From an uncultured Chitinophaga sp. (lineage in GTDB: Bacteria; Bacteroidota; Bacteroidia; UKL13-3), in assembly GCA_964545895.1 (NCBI GenBank), contig CAZJHS010000001.1:33167-97166 (forward strand): a stretch of 64,000 nucleotides of DNA, read 5' to 3'. The notes below the pieces were generated by a model. That model was not told the origin of the DNA. It did not search any database and saw only the letters and a list, made by a program, of their open reading frames with translations. The translations under genes and the position numbers were made by a program. The first letter of the stretch is position 1. Each line of letters opens with the position of its first letter. Of this stretch, positions 40,314 to 51,243 are shown piece by piece.

Positions 40314-41360
40314 ATGAAATTATCTCAGTTTAAATTTAACTTTACCGAGAGCCTTATTGCTAAGTATCCGGCTGATGTTCGCCACGACAGCAAAATGATG
40401 GTACTTGACCGCAAGAAAGGTAAAATTGAACACAAAGCTTTTAGCGACATCCTGAACTATTTTGATGATAGAGATGTGATGATTAACAATAACACCAAGG
40501 TTTTTCCGGCACGTTTATACGGTAGCAAAGAAAAAACTGGTGCCAAAATTGAAGTTTTCTTGTTGCGCGAGCTAAACAAAGAAATGAAACTTTGGGATGT
40601 ATTGGTTGATCCGGCACGTAAAATCCGTGTAGGTAATAAATTATATTTTGGTGATGATACCTTAGTTGCCGAAGTGGTTGATAATACTACTTCTCGCGGA
40701 CGTACCATTCGTTTTTTGTTTGATGGTACTGATGAAGAACTTTGGAAATTAATTGAGAAATTAGGCGAAATGCCTATTCCTAAATACATGAACCGTGCGG
40801 TTGAAAAATTGGATAAAGACCGTTTTCAAACCATTTTTGCTAAACACATTGGTGCTGTTTCGCCACCAAGCGCTGGCTTACACTTTACCAAAGAGTTAAT
40901 GATGCGCATGGAAATTAAAGGAGTAAACTTTACTGAGGTTACTGTACACAATGGCTTAGGAGCTTTTCGTGCTGTGGAGGTTGAAGATTTAACCAAACAC
41001 AAAATGGATAGCGAGTTTTTTGATATCCCTACCGATACATCAAAAATTGTAAACAAAGCATTAGACGAAAAACAAAAGATTTGCGCAGTTGGTTCATCGG
41101 TTATGCGTGCTATCGAGTCTTCAGTTTCATCAACAGGCAGATTAAACGTAAACAGTGGTTGGACAGATAAATTCCTTTTCCCTCCGCATGATTTTAAAAT
41201 AGCCAATTGCATGATTACTAATTTCCATCCACCAGAATCAACCCTATTAATGCTAAGTGCAGCATTTGCAGGTTACGATGAATTGATGGAAGCTTACCAA
41301 GAAGCCATTAAAAAGAAATACAAGTTTATGGCCTACGGTGATGCATTATTAATCATCTAA
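40314..41360 (+). CDS. queA: S-adenosylmethionine:tRNA ribosyltransferase-isomerase
   Basis: [20 protein letters not shown]… is the conserved QueA N-terminus. Length 348 aa. Confidence 0.9.
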   Translation: MKLSQFKFNFTESLIAKYPADVRHDSKMMVLDRKKGKIEHKAFSDILNYFDDRDVMINNNTKVFPARLYGSKEKTGAKIEVFLLRELNKEMKLWDVLVDPARKIRVGNKLYFGDDTLVAEVVDNTTSRGRTIRFLFDGTDEELWKLIEKLGEMPIPKYMNRAVEKLDKDRFQTIFAKHIGAVSPPSAGLHFTKELMMRMEIKGVNFTEVTVHNGLGAFRAVEVEDLTKHKMDSEFFDIPTDTSKIVNKALDEKQKICAVGSSVMRAIESSVSSTGRLNVNSGWTDKFLFPPHDFKIANCMITNFHPPESTLLMLSAAFAGYDELMEAYQEAIKKKYKFMAYGDALLII

Positions 41361-41443
41361 TTTAAGATATAAAATAACAAAAAAGTCTCGCATTGTTGCG
41401 AGACTTTTTTGATTTAGCGCAATTCCGTTATTTTAGTACAATC

Positions 41444-41779
41444 ATGGAATCAACCTTACATCATTTTGAGCAATTGGATATCAGAACTGGTACCATTAAA
41501 GAAGCACGTGTGTTTGAAAAGGCACGCAAGCCAGCCTATCAATTACTCATTGATTTTGGAGCAGAAATTGGCCTTAAAAAATCATCAGCCCAAATTACCG
41601 AATTGTACCAGCCACAAAACTTAGTGGGCATGCAGGTAATTGCGTTGGTTAATTTACCTCCAAGGCAAATTGCCAATTTTATTAGCGAGTGTTTGGTGCT
41701 AGGAGCGGTTAACACGGATGGAAGTGTGGTGTTACTTCAACCCCAACAAGCGGTAGCCAACGGATTGAAAATTGCTTGA
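41444..41779 (+). CDS. tRNA-binding protein (CsaA/Trbp111-like OB-fold, MetRS C-terminal-domain type)
   Basis: MESTLHHFEQLDIRTGTIKEARVFEKARKPAYQLLIDFG… matches the tRNA-binding EMAP/CsaA domain. The start is taken at the internal Met, not the upstream in-frame ATG at 41393. Confidence 0.7.
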   Translation: MESTLHHFEQLDIRTGTIKEARVFEKARKPAYQLLIDFGAEIGLKKSSAQITELYQPQNLVGMQVIALVNLPPRQIANFISECLVLGAVNTDGSVVLLQPQQAVANGLKIA

Positions 41780-41873
41780 GGAAAACTGACTATTGTAGAA
41801 TGAAGGTTGGAAAACTAAAGACCATAAACCACTCAACCAATAACAAATCAACCCCAAATTATTACCTTGCAGC

Positions 41874-42875
41874 ATGCCTAAAAATAAAAACGCATTTATA
41901 CGTTACCGCATAATTGATGGGGCTTTACGCAACAAACACAAGCGTTACCCATCTAAACAAGATTTAATAGAAGCTTGCCAAGGATTGGGCAGTGTAAGTG
42001 CGCGCACTATTGATAGCGATATTTATGATATGAAATTTGATGAGGAGTTAGCTTATCAAGCACCCATTGAATACGACCGTAAATTGCGCGGCTATTATTA
42101 CACCGACCCTAACTACAGCATTAATAATTTACCTTTAAAACAAGAAGACTTATATGCGTTGGAGTTTGCTTGCTCTTTGCTTAAACAATTTGAAGGCATT
42201 GGCCCAATACAGCAGTTTATGCAATCGGTTGAGAAAATTGAAGACTACGTAAACCTGCGCAGTGTTTATGGCAATGATGATTTTTTGCAAATTATTGAAA
42301 CTGAAAAAAGCCTAAGCCAAAAAGGTAACGAATATTTAAGTCCGCTTTTATTAAGCATTAAAGAGCAACAAGCGGTAATGATGCATTACCAAGGCTTTGG
42401 ACATACCGAAATTAAGCACTACCAGCTACATCCGTATGTTTTAAAGGAATACCGCAACCGTTGGTACGTAACAGGCATGTTGGTTGATAAAAACAGAATT
42501 CAAACTTTTGCATTGGAGCGCATCAAACAAATATTACCTACTACTACCAACTTTACCCGCGATACAAATTTTAAACCGGCAGAGTATTTTAAACACTCCT
42601 TTGGTATATCGGTTCACGATTACGAATCACAATTAATTACCTTGAGTTTTAGTCCTACCGAGGCACCATACATTAAAAGCCAACCTTTGCATCAAACCCA
42701 ACAAATAGTAGTTGATAATGAAACGGAATTTAAAATTACGTTAGATGTTATCCCATCATATGAATTAAAATCGCAGATATTAAGTTATGGCGATAAGGTA
42801 AAGGTGGTTTCGCCCCAAGAGTTAAAAACCGAATTGGCACAAACTTTAAAACTTGCCTTAAAAAACTACCAATAA
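41874..42875 (+). CDS. WYL-domain transcriptional regulator (N-terminal wHTH + WYL + C-terminal WCX-like)
   Basis: N-terminal HTH region. WYL signature YQLHPYVLKEYRNRWYVTGMLVDKNRIQTFALERIKQI. Confidence 0.75.
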   Translation: MPKNKNAFIRYRIIDGALRNKHKRYPSKQDLIEACQGLGSVSARTIDSDIYDMKFDEELAYQAPIEYDRKLRGYYYTDPNYSINNLPLKQEDLYALEFACSLLKQFEGIGPIQQFMQSVEKIEDYVNLRSVYGNDDFLQIIETEKSLSQKGNEYLSPLLLSIKEQQAVMMHYQGFGHTEIKHYQLHPYVLKEYRNRWYVTGMLVDKNRIQTFALERIKQILPTTTNFTRDTNFKPAEYFKHSFGISVHDYESQLITLSFSPTEAPYIKSQPLHQTQQIVVDNETEFKITLDVIPSYELKSQILSYGDKVKVVSPQELKTELAQTLKLALKNYQ

Positions 42876-42991
42876 CCAACATTAACCCAAGGTTATTTTT
42901 ACTGATATATTCCATGTTTTAGAAGAATACTTAAAAATTTGCGGTAATACCACATATTTTCCTATTTTTGCACGGCAAATAATAGAAGGTA

Positions 42992-44473
42992 TTGTTTGCT
43001 ATGATAAACGACAAAGCTAAGTTTTACGGTGAAGGATTAACGTTTGATGACGTGTTGTTGCTTCCCGCCTTTTCTGAAGTTCTCCCTCGTGAGGTTAATA
43101 CTTCAACCCAATTAACAAAAAACATACGTATTAATGTGCCCATTATTTCGGCAGCAATGGATACTGTTACCGAATATAGCTTGGCTATTGCCATGGCACA
43201 ATCGGGCGGTATAGGCATGTTGCACAAAAACATGAGCATTGAGCGCCAAGCCGAAGAGGTACGCAAGGTAAAACGTAGCGAAAGCGGAATGATTATGGAC
43301 CCTGTAACTTTACCTGTTACAGCAACCTTAAAAGAAGCTCATAAAATAATGAGCGAAAATAAAATTGGTGGTATTCCTATTGTTGACGACAACTTTAAGT
43401 TGATGGGTATTTTAACCAACCGCGATTTAAGGTTTGAAAAACAATTGAGTAAAAAAGTTACTGAGGTAATGACTAAAGACAATTTAGTTACAGCACCGCA
43501 AGGAACTGATTTCAAAAAAGCCGAATCAATTTTACAGAAATATAAAATTGAGAAATTACCGGTAGTAGATAAAAAAGGCAAATTAATTGGCCTAATTACT
43601 TACCGCGATATTTTAAAAGTAAAAGATAACCCTAACGCTTGTAAAGATAAACACGGCCGTTTAATGGTTGGTGCAGCAGTAGGTGTTACCCCCGAAACAC
43701 AAGATCGTATTGCAGCATTAGTAAAAGCTGGGGTTGATGTTATTACTATTGATACTGCACATGGCCATAGTGCTTTTGTATTAAACGAAATTAAACGTTT
43801 ACGCAAAATGTTCCCTGCGCTTGATATTATTGCAGGTAACGTTGCCACTGGCGATGGAGCAAAAGCATTGGTTAAAGCTGGTGTTGATGCCGTTAAAGTA
43901 GGTGTTGGTCCGGGTTCTATTTGTACCACACGTATTATTGCTGGTATTGGTATGCCACAGTTATCGGCTATTTATGATGCAGCCAAGGCTATTAAAACCA
44001 GTGGTGTGCCTATTATTGCCGATGGTGGTATACGTTATAGTGGTGATATTGTAAAAGCATTAGCCGCAGGTGCAAGTACGGTAATGAGTGGTGGTATTTT
44101 TGCTGGAACTGAAGAGTCGCCAGGAGAAACCATCATATTTGAAGGACGTAAGTTTAAATCGTATCGTGGTATGGGTAGTATTGAGGCCATGAAAGAAGGC
44201 AGCAAAGACCGTTATTTCCAAGATGCAGAAGAAGAAATTGCCAAGCTAGTACCAGAAGGTATTGTGGGCATGGTAGCTTACAAAGGCAGCTTAAAAGACG
44301 TGGTTTACCAATTTACTGGTGGTTTGCGTGCTGGTATGGGTTATGTAGGTGCTAAAAACATTACCGAATTACAAAAAGCTAAGTTTGTAAAAATAACTGG
44401 TGCTGGTGCTAAAGAAAGCCACGCTCATGATATTACCATTACCAAAGAAGCTCCTAACTACAGTAAAAAATAA
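42992..44473 (+). CDS. guaB: IMP dehydrogenase
   Basis: [11 protein letters not shown]-terminus. Tandem CBS insert. Catalytic loop [11 protein letters not shown]. Motif GGIRYSGD. Confidence 0.95.
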   Translation: MFAMINDKAKFYGEGLTFDDVLLLPAFSEVLPREVNTSTQLTKNIRINVPIISAAMDTVTEYSLAIAMAQSGGIGMLHKNMSIERQAEEVRKVKRSESGMIMDPVTLPVTATLKEAHKIMSENKIGGIPIVDDNFKLMGILTNRDLRFEKQLSKKVTEVMTKDNLVTAPQGTDFKKAESILQKYKIEKLPVVDKKGKLIGLITYRDILKVKDNPNACKDKHGRLMVGAAVGVTPETQDRIAALVKAGVDVITIDTAHGHSAFVLNEIKRLRKMFPALDIIAGNVATGDGAKALVKAGVDAVKVGVGPGSICTTRIIAGIGMPQLSAIYDAAKAIKTSGVPIIADGGIRYSGDIVKALAAGASTVMSGGIFAGTEESPGETIIFEGRKFKSYRGMGSIEAMKEGSKDRYFQDAEEEIAKLVPEGIVGMVAYKGSLKDVVYQFTGGLRAGMGYVGAKNITELQKAKFVKITGAGAKESHAHDITITKEAPNYSKK

Positions 44474-44492
44474 TTAATCTATAACTCTTCGA

Positions 44493-44521
44493 AGGCCGTC
44501 CAAATTGGATGGCCTTTTTTG
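44493..44521 (+). terminator. Rho-independent terminator after guaB
   Basis: aaggccgtccaaattggatggcctttttt. Confidence 0.75.
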
Positions 44522-44733
44522 TTTAGTGCCCTATGTAGTTCAAAAAAACTTTGGATTGATATAGCATAAAAACAGCACTGAAAGTGCGAAATACTGATGC
44601 GAGATGGTGAAACCTCTCGCAATTTGAGAATAATTTAAAGTACATGCAATCATATTAAACTAACTATGTAAATAGTTTACGTAATTAGGTTTCATCCGTC
44701 TTTTTTTATTTTATATCTTACCTCGCAAATACA

Positions 44734-47700
44734 ATGCGAAGCGAAGGCATAACTTTGAACCCGATTATGAGCACAGATTACAACCAATTATTTCAACAAG
44801 AGTTTACCAAACTTAACCCCGAGCAACAAGCTGCCGTAACTACCACTGAAGGTCCGGTGTTGGTTATTGCTGGCCCAGGCACTGGTAAAACACAAATTTT
44901 GGCTGCACGTATTGCCAACATCATTAGCGTTGCCGATAATAAGGCTGAAGATGTATTGTGTTTAACTTATACCGATGCTGGCGCTATTGCCATGCGTAAA
45001 CGTTTATTGCAGTTTATTGGTCCTGATGCTTACAAGGTTGAGGTGCAAACTTTCCATGCGTTTTGTAACATGGTTATTCAAGAAAACTTGGACCATTTTG
45101 GTTTGCGTGGATTGGATGCCATAAGCGAATTAGAACAAATAGAATTTGTACATCAAATTATAGATGGTTTTCCTAAAAATCATCCACTAAAAAGATATAC
45201 GGGTGATGTGTATTACGAAACCAAAAAATTATTGGGTTTGTATGAGCAAATGAAACGCGAAAACTGGACGGCTGCATACCTACACCAACAAGTTGATTTG
45301 TATTTAGAAGACATTAAAACGCGTGACGAATACATCTACAAAAAAACAACCAAATACGGCAATGCAGGCGAGCTAAAACAAAAAGTGTATGATGCAGAAG
45401 CAAACAGAATGGTGCAATTAAAAGCAGCTGCCGATACGTTTGACACTTATCAAAACTTATTAAAAAAACACGGCCGTTACGATTTTGCCGATATGATTTT
45501 ATGGGTGATTGATGCGTTTAAGCAAAAGCCTGATATGTTAAGTCAGTACCAAGAAAAGTATCAATATTTTTTGGTGGATGAATACCAAGATACAAGTGGT
45601 GCACAAAACGAAGTGTTGCAACTTTTAATACAATATTGGGATAGCCCCAATGTGTTTTGTGTAGGCGATGATGATCAATCTATATACAGATTTCAAGGTG
45701 CTAACGTGGAGAATATTCAACACTTTAAAAAGGTGTATCAACCACAAGGATTAACAGAAATTTCGTTGGTAGAAAACTACCGCAGTACCCAATACATTTT
45801 AGATGCAGCAAAAGCGTTAATCAGCAACAATAAAGTTAGGCTCGACCCTAACAAAACTTTAGTTGCTAAAAATGCTGCGCTCGCTAACTTAACCATCAAA
45901 CCAACCCTACTGGAGTATTATAACTTGGCGCATGAAGCAGTTGGTATTGCACAACAAATTGAACGCTTAAAACAACAAGGAACTAAGCTTAGCGAGATAG
46001 CCGTAATTTACCGCAAACATGCGCAAGCGGAAGATATTATTAAATACCTTCAAGCAAAAAATGTTGGCGTTAATACCAAAAAGAAAGTTGACATTTTGCA
46101 TGAGCCTTTAATAAAAAAAATTGTACAAATGTTGCGTTATGTATCAGCCGAAAACCATAAAGCTAATACAGGCGAAGCTTTTATTTATGAGTTGTTGCAT
46201 TTCGATTTCTTTAAAATTCCGCCCATTGAAATTGCACGTATATCGGTAAATGTTTCGAGCAAAAATTTTAGCGAACGTAAAACTACTTGGCGCGAAGAAA
46301 TTCGTAATGCTATCAGAAAAAAACCTACCGATTTATTTACGCAAGAATTGCAACAAGGCAAAGAATTGGCTTATGCATCAAAAATTATTGAAGGTTGGAT
46401 ACGTGATGGAATAAACTTAACCACGCAACAATTAATTGAACGTATTATAAACGAAAGTGGTTTATTGGCGCAATGTTTAACCGGGGCTGATAAACGCTGG
46501 AACATGCAACTGTTGCATACCTTTTTTGACTTTGTAAAAAGCGAGTGCAGCCGTAAACCCAAAACTACAGTTAAGCAATTGCTAGAAACCATTGATTTGA
46601 TGATGAGCCAGAAAGTGGCATTATCAACTCAACTTATTGCCTTTGCTGAGGATGGGGTAAATTTCCTTACAGCACATTCATCAAAAGGATTAGAGTTTGA
46701 ACATGTGTTTATGATGGGTTGCACCACTAAAGCTTGGGAAAAATCGGCCAATAACTTTGATTTTAAATTACCTGACAACATATTTACTGATGCAGAAAAT
46801 GTTTCGGGTGAAGACGAAGATGCTGAAAGTCGAAGGTTATTTTATGTAGGCATGACCCGTGCAAAACGCGAGTTACACATAAGCTACGCTAAGTTTGATA
46901 ACAACGGAAAAGATTTAGAAAAAAGCCGATTTGTAGCCGAGCTAGAAACGCATGCACAGTTACAAACGCAGTTTGTTTCGTTAGCAGATGAAGCGTTGGT
47001 TGACTTTACCTTGCATGTGTTGCAAAGTGTAAAAGCGCAAGCACCAGCAAGTTTATTTGATAACGAATTTGTAGATGAATTGCTGCAGAAATACTCGTTA
47101 AGTGTTACACATTTAAACAACTATTTAAAATGCCCTACTGCATTTTATTTTAACAATTTAATTCGTGTACCTGCCCCATTAAGTGCAGCCATGACATTTG
47201 GTAGTGCTGTGCATTATGCACTTGAAATGTTGTTTAGAAACATGAATGCCAACCCCGAAAAAACATTTGGTTCGGTTGACGAATTTATGAAAGACTTTAA
47301 ATGGTACATGCGAAGATTTGAAGATGCATTTACCGAAACCGAATACAAGCGCAGGATAGAATATGGCGATGAAATTTTGCCTAAGTTTTATGATAAATAC
47401 ATTGGTCAGTGGAATAAAATTACCAGCATTGAGCGCAGCTACCGTAATGTGGTAATGGATGGTGTGCCCTTAAATGGTAAGTTAGATAAAATTGAATTTG
47501 ATGGCAACAATGTAAATGTGGTTGATTATAAAACTGGTCAGTTTGAACGTGCCAAAACGAAATTTGGCCCGCCCAATTTAGAGCGAGTTGAGAAGGCAAA
47601 AGCAGAAGATAAAGACATTAAATTTGAGGATGAATTTGGGGGTGATTATTGGCGTCAGGCGGTGTTTTATAAAATATTAATTGATGCTGATAAAAACACA

Positions 47701-47970
47701 ACTTGGCAAATGCAAAGTGCCGAGTTTGATTTTGTAGAACCCGATAAAGCCACCAACGAATACATTAAGCAACGTGTACTTATTACCAATGATGATGTAG
47801 AAATAGTTAAACAACAAATTACATCAACCTATACCAAAATAAAGGCCAAGGAATTTAGCCAAGGCTGTGGTAAAGATGAGTGTACTTGGTGCGATTTTGT
47901 GAGCACTTACTACAGCACTAATAATAGTACATTACCCTTAACTGAGCTAAAATTGGAAGATGAACTTTAA
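44734..47970 (+). CDS. Single-chain UvrD/PcrA-family SF1 helicase fused to a C-terminal Cas4/AddB-type PD-(D/E)XK nuclease with a 4-Cys (Fe-S) signature
   Basis: Helicase motifs: Walker A AGPGTGKTQIL; motif II FLVDEYQDTS; motif VI-like VGMTRAKREL. Nuclease: VVDYKTG (D-x-K). Cys pattern LKCP… …CGKDECTWCDF (C…C-x4-C-x2-C), as in Cas4/AddB iron-staple nucleases. Confidence 0.8.
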   Translation: MRSEGITLNPIMSTDYNQLFQQEFTKLNPEQQAAVTTTEGPVLVIAGPGTGKTQILAARIANIISVADNKAEDVLCLTYTDAGAIAMRKRLLQFIGPDAYKVEVQTFHAFCNMVIQENLDHFGLRGLDAISELEQIEFVHQIIDGFPKNHPLKRYTGDVYYETKKLLGLYEQMKRENWTAAYLHQQVDLYLEDIKTRDEYIYKKTTKYGNAGELKQKVYDAEANRMVQLKAAADTFDTYQNLLKKHGRYDFADMILWVIDAFKQKPDMLSQYQEKYQYFLVDEYQDTSGAQNEVLQLLIQYWDSPNVFCVGDDDQSIYRFQGANVENIQHFKKVYQPQGLTEISLVENYRSTQYILDAAKALISNNKVRLDPNKTLVAKNAALANLTIKPTLLEYYNLAHEAVGIAQQIERLKQQGTKLSEIAVIYRKHAQAEDIIKYLQAKNVGVNTKKKVDILHEPLIKKIVQMLRYVSAENHKANTGEAFIYELLHFDFFKIPPIEIARISVNVSSKNFSERKTTWREEIRNAIRKKPTDLFTQELQQGKELAYASKIIEGWIRDGINLTTQQLIERIINESGLLAQCLTGADKRWNMQLLHTFFDFVKSECSRKPKTTVKQLLETIDLMMSQKVALSTQLIAFAEDGVNFLTAHSSKGLEFEHVFMMGCTTKAWEKSANNFDFKLPDNIFTDAENVSGEDEDAESRRLFYVGMTRAKRELHISYAKFDNNGKDLEKSRFVAELETHAQLQTQFVSLADEALVDFTLHVLQSVKAQAPASLFDNEFVDELLQKYSLSVTHLNNYLKCPTAFYFNNLIRVPAPLSAAMTFGSAVHYALEMLFRNMNANPEKTFGSVDEFMKDFKWYMRRFEDAFTETEYKRRIEYGDEILPKFYDKYIGQWNKITSIERSYRNVVMDGVPLNGKLDKIEFDGNNVNVVDYKTGQFERAKTKFGPPNLERVEKAKAEDKDIKFEDEFGGDYWRQAVFYKILIDADKNTTWQMQSAEFDFVEPDKATNEYIKQRVLITNDDVEIVKQQITSTYTKIKAKEFSQGCGKDECTWCDFVSTYYSTNNSTLPLTELKLEDEL

Positions 47971-48341
47971 GCCAAAAAATCGCTAAAGTCTCTTTCTAAC
48001 TCCACAAACAAATCAATAAAGGTGGCCATATCATTTCGTAATCTGATATGGATGCGCGATACTTTATCTCGTAATTCGGGAGATGGAGTTAATTGCAAAC
48101 GCTGAATGTCGTTTTCGTGTTGCTTCACATCATGACGTAAAATGTCGATGACTTCGCGTTGCCTAATAAATCTGTTTTGAAAACGCTCAACCATAGCGGC
48201 AAACGATTTGGTGTAAAATGTGGGGATGAAATCTGCTAATTGCGCTTGCATCTTAGCTAATTCGGCTTTGTAAAAATCAATTTCGCGAAGCCATTTTGCA
48301 TACTCAACATCATGAGCTGCTTTTACTGCTGGTGCTGCCAT
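47967..48341 (-). CDS. Hypothetical coiled-coil protein
   Basis: 124-aa ORF that converges on, and overlaps by 4 nt, the helicase-nuclease gene. No recognisable family. Confidence 0.4.
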   Translation of the reverse strand: MAAPAVKAAHDVEYAKWLREIDFYKAELAKMQAQLADFIPTFYTKSFAAMVERFQNRFIRQREVIDILRHDVKQHENDIQRLQLTPSPELRDKVSRIHIRLRNDMATFIDLFVELERDFSDFLA

Positions 48342-48527
48342 ACGATTTTATTTTTTGATTGGGAGAGTGAAGATAAAAACGTAACTTATTAAAAACAAGC
48401 AATCTGTGTTAAATTTTATGTTTTGGTGGATAAAGTTAAGCCCCTGATTGGCTGTAAATTGACAAATATCCTGTGCATGGGCGCCTAATTCTTATATTTT
48501 TGCGCCACTTAATAAAAAACATCACAC

Positions 48528-49922
48528 ATGGAATTTAGAATAGAACATGACACCATGGGCGAGGTAAAAGTACCTGCCGACAAGTATTGGGGCGCTCAAA
48601 CAGAACGTTCACGCAATAACTTTAAAATTGGTCCTGAGGCTAGCATGCCTAAAGAGGTTATTCATGCTTTTGCTTATTTAAAGAAAGCTGCAGCACATGC
48701 CAATTGCGATTTAGGCGTTTTATCTGCCGAAAAACGCGATTTAATTAGCCAAGTGTGTGATGAAATTTTAACAGGTGCACTTGATGCCGAGTTTCCATTA
48801 GTAATTTGGCAAACAGGTAGCGGAACTCAAAGCAACATGAATGCCAACGAGGTTATTGCTTACCGCGCACATGTTTTAACTGGAGGTAAATTAACTGACG
48901 ACACTAAAGTTCTTCACCCAAATGATGATGTAAACAAATCACAATCATCAAACGATACCTACCCTACTGCTATGCATATTGCAGCATACAAAATGGTGGT
49001 AGAAACTACCATTCCAGGTATATTGAAGTTACGCAATACACTTGCTAAAAAAGCCGAAGCTTTTAAAGATATTGTTAAAACTGGTCGTACACACTTTATG
49101 GATGCTACACCATTAACATTAGGACAAGAGTTTGGTGGCTACGTGCAGCAATTAGATAATGGCATACGTGCATTAAACAATGCATTAGAAATGGTAAAAG
49201 AATTAGCTTTAGGTGGTACTGCAGTTGGTACAGGCTTAAACGCACCAAAAGGATACGATGTTTTAGTAGCTAAAAAAATTGCTGAATTTACTGGTCATCC
49301 ATTTGTTACTGCACCAAATAAATTTGAAGCATTAGCAGCACACGATGCCATGGTTGAATTGAGTGGTGCATTAAAACGTGTAGCAGTTAGTGCCATGAAA
49401 ATTGCTAATGATATTCGTATGTTATCATCAGGCCCACGCAGTGGTATTGGCGAAATTGTAATTCCTGATAACGAACCAGGTTCATCAATTATGCCAGGTA
49501 AAGTTAACCCAACACAACCAGAAGCTATGACTATGGTAGCTGCGCAAGTTATGGGTAATGATGTGGCTGTAACTATTGGTGGTAGCAATGGTCATTTTGA
49601 ATTAAACGTATTTAAGCCATTAATTGCTGCTAATGTTTTGCAAAGTGCACGTTTAATTGGTGATGCTTGTGTTAGCTTTAACGATAAATGTGCTGAAGGT
49701 ATTGAGCCAAATAATGATATTATTAAACGCCATTTAGAAAATAGCTTAATGCTTGTTACTGCTTTAAATCCACACATTGGATACGAAAAAGCAGCTAAAA
49801 TTGCTAAAACTGCACATAAAGAAAACAAAACTTTACGTGAAGCAGCCATTGAGTTAGGTTACTTAACCAACGAGCAATTTGATGCTTGGGTAAGACCAGA
49901 AAACATGGTTGGAAATTTGTAA
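48528..49922 (+). CDS. fumC: Class II fumarate hydratase
   Basis: Signature [13 protein letters not shown] (the fumarate lyase SS-loop). Length 464 aa. Confidence 0.95.
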   Translation: MEFRIEHDTMGEVKVPADKYWGAQTERSRNNFKIGPEASMPKEVIHAFAYLKKAAAHANCDLGVLSAEKRDLISQVCDEILTGALDAEFPLVIWQTGSGTQSNMNANEVIAYRAHVLTGGKLTDDTKVLHPNDDVNKSQSSNDTYPTAMHIAAYKMVVETTIPGILKLRNTLAKKAEAFKDIVKTGRTHFMDATPLTLGQEFGGYVQQLDNGIRALNNALEMVKELALGGTAVGTGLNAPKGYDVLVAKKIAEFTGHPFVTAPNKFEALAAHDAMVELSGALKRVAVSAMKIANDIRMLSSGPRSGIGEIVIPDNEPGSSIMPGKVNPTQPEAMTMVAAQVMGNDVAVTIGGSNGHFELNVFKPLIAANVLQSARLIGDACVSFNDKCAEGIEPNNDIIKRHLENSLMLVTALNPHIGYEKAAKIAKTAHKENKTLREAAIELGYLTNEQFDAWVRPENMVGNL

Positions 49923-49954
49923 TTCGTCTGATTTATTTCAACTTAGATGATAAA

Positions 49955-49988
49955 CGCGGGCTGCCTTTGGGCAGCCCGCGTTATTTTT
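49955..49988 (+). terminator. Rho-independent terminator after fumC
   Basis: cgcgggctgcctttgggcagcccgcgttattttt. Confidence 0.8.
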
Positions 49989-49995
49989 AGTATAC

Positions 49996-50646
49996 TTGCC
50001 CTACATGGAAATGCTTGAACCCATTTGGAAAGGACTTATTACCGGATTGTTGTTTACCCTAACATTCGGTACCGTGTTTTTTTCGCTTATACAAACCAGT
50101 ATTAAGCGCGGACATGCTAAGGCTTTATTTATTGCCGTTGGCGTATTGTGTAGCGATGCTTTTTACATTGCAGTTTCTTTATTGGGTACTACGTTTATTG
50201 CCGATGAAATGCATAAATACGATATGCATATTCGCATTATCGGATTTTCGTTTTTAGCATTTTTGGGCATTCGCTCCATCATAAAAAAAGAAAAAGATCA
50301 TACTGATGATGCTGCTCCAACAGAGCGCAAAGATGTATTGTATATACTAAAAGGTATTATGCTTAACAGCATCAATCCTATGGTACTAATAAGTTGGATG
50401 GGGGTTACTACTTATGTAAAATCAACAAGTTTATTTAACAGCAACCAAACACTATTTTATTTTACCATTGTATTAAGTACCATGTTTGCAACTATGTTTG
50501 GTATTGTATACTCAGCCGGAAAATTGCGCAAAGTACTATCAGCACAAAACCTTCATAGGTTAAATGTATTTAGTGGCGCAATATTTTTAGTGTTTTCGTT
50601 GGTAATTATTTACCCAGTTTTAATCAAGTGGCTTGGGTTGATGTAA
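49996..50646 (+). CDS. LysE/RhtB-family amino-acid exporter
   Basis: About 210 aa with six TM segments. N-terminal LITGLLFTLTFGTVFFSLIQ is typical of the LysE family. Confidence 0.65.
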   Translation: MPYMEMLEPIWKGLITGLLFTLTFGTVFFSLIQTSIKRGHAKALFIAVGVLCSDAFYIAVSLLGTTFIADEMHKYDMHIRIIGFSFLAFLGIRSIIKKEKDHTDDAAPTERKDVLYILKGIMLNSINPMVLISWMGVTTYVKSTSLFNSNQTLFYFTIVLSTMFATMFGIVYSAGKLRKVLSAQNLHRLNVFSGAIFLVFSLVIIYPVLIKWLGLM

Positions 50647-50658
50647 ACCCTTTACAAC

Positions 50659-51243
50659 CTACTTACTCCAACGTAACGTTTTTATCATGTGCATTACATC
50701 CTTTTTTAAATGCACTAACACAGGAGCTACACTATCGGGGTTTGTTTGTGTGTTAAAATAAAGTGCACCACGCATGTAATTATGTACGCTATCGGTTACA
50801 TAAAACTGAAAGTTTGTAGCTGTATTTCCACTTAGCTCATACACCATTCCGCTTAAGTTTTCATTTTCAATGTAGGTCTCAAAAATTTCATCGGCTTTTA
50901 TGGTGTGCTTATAAACTAAGGTACGCGCATCTTCTGCTAAACGCTGCAAATCTTGTGACGATTTTACTTGATCAAAACTTAAATGTAAAGTGGCATTATA
51001 AGGTTGGTAGTACACATTGTACCAGCATTTATTTTGAGCCATGCTAAAGTCGGGCAATACGGTTGCATAGTCTGGTATTTCAAAACTAAAACCGCAGTTA
51101 TTATGGTGGGTTTGATACTTAGTTTGGGTAAACTCAAACCGCTGAAATCCCCTTGGTTTAGGAGTATACTCTTGACTGCATGCAGTAACAAATACTGCCG
51201 TAAATATCAAAAATAAAAAATTATAGGGTGTTGCTTTCTGCAT
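50659..51243 (-). CDS. gldD: Gliding-motility lipoprotein GldD
   Basis: About 190-aa lipoprotein (lipobox VTACS) immediately downstream of a CBS/CorC-domain gldE-like gene, itself downstream of ssb and mutY. This mutY-ssb-gldE-gldD arrangement is the one recalled for Flavobacterium johnsoniae. Assignment rests on synteny and size, not on a verified alignment. Confidence 0.55.
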   Translation of the reverse strand: MQKATPYNFLFLIFTAVFVTACSQEYTPKPRGFQRFEFTQTKYQTHHNNCGFSFEIPDYATVLPDFSMAQNKCWYNVYYQPYNATLHLSFDQVKSSQDLQRLAEDARTLVYKHTIKADEIFETYIENENLSGMVYELSGNTATNFQFYVTDSVHNYMRGALYFNTQTNPDSVAPVLVHLKKDVMHMIKTLRWSK

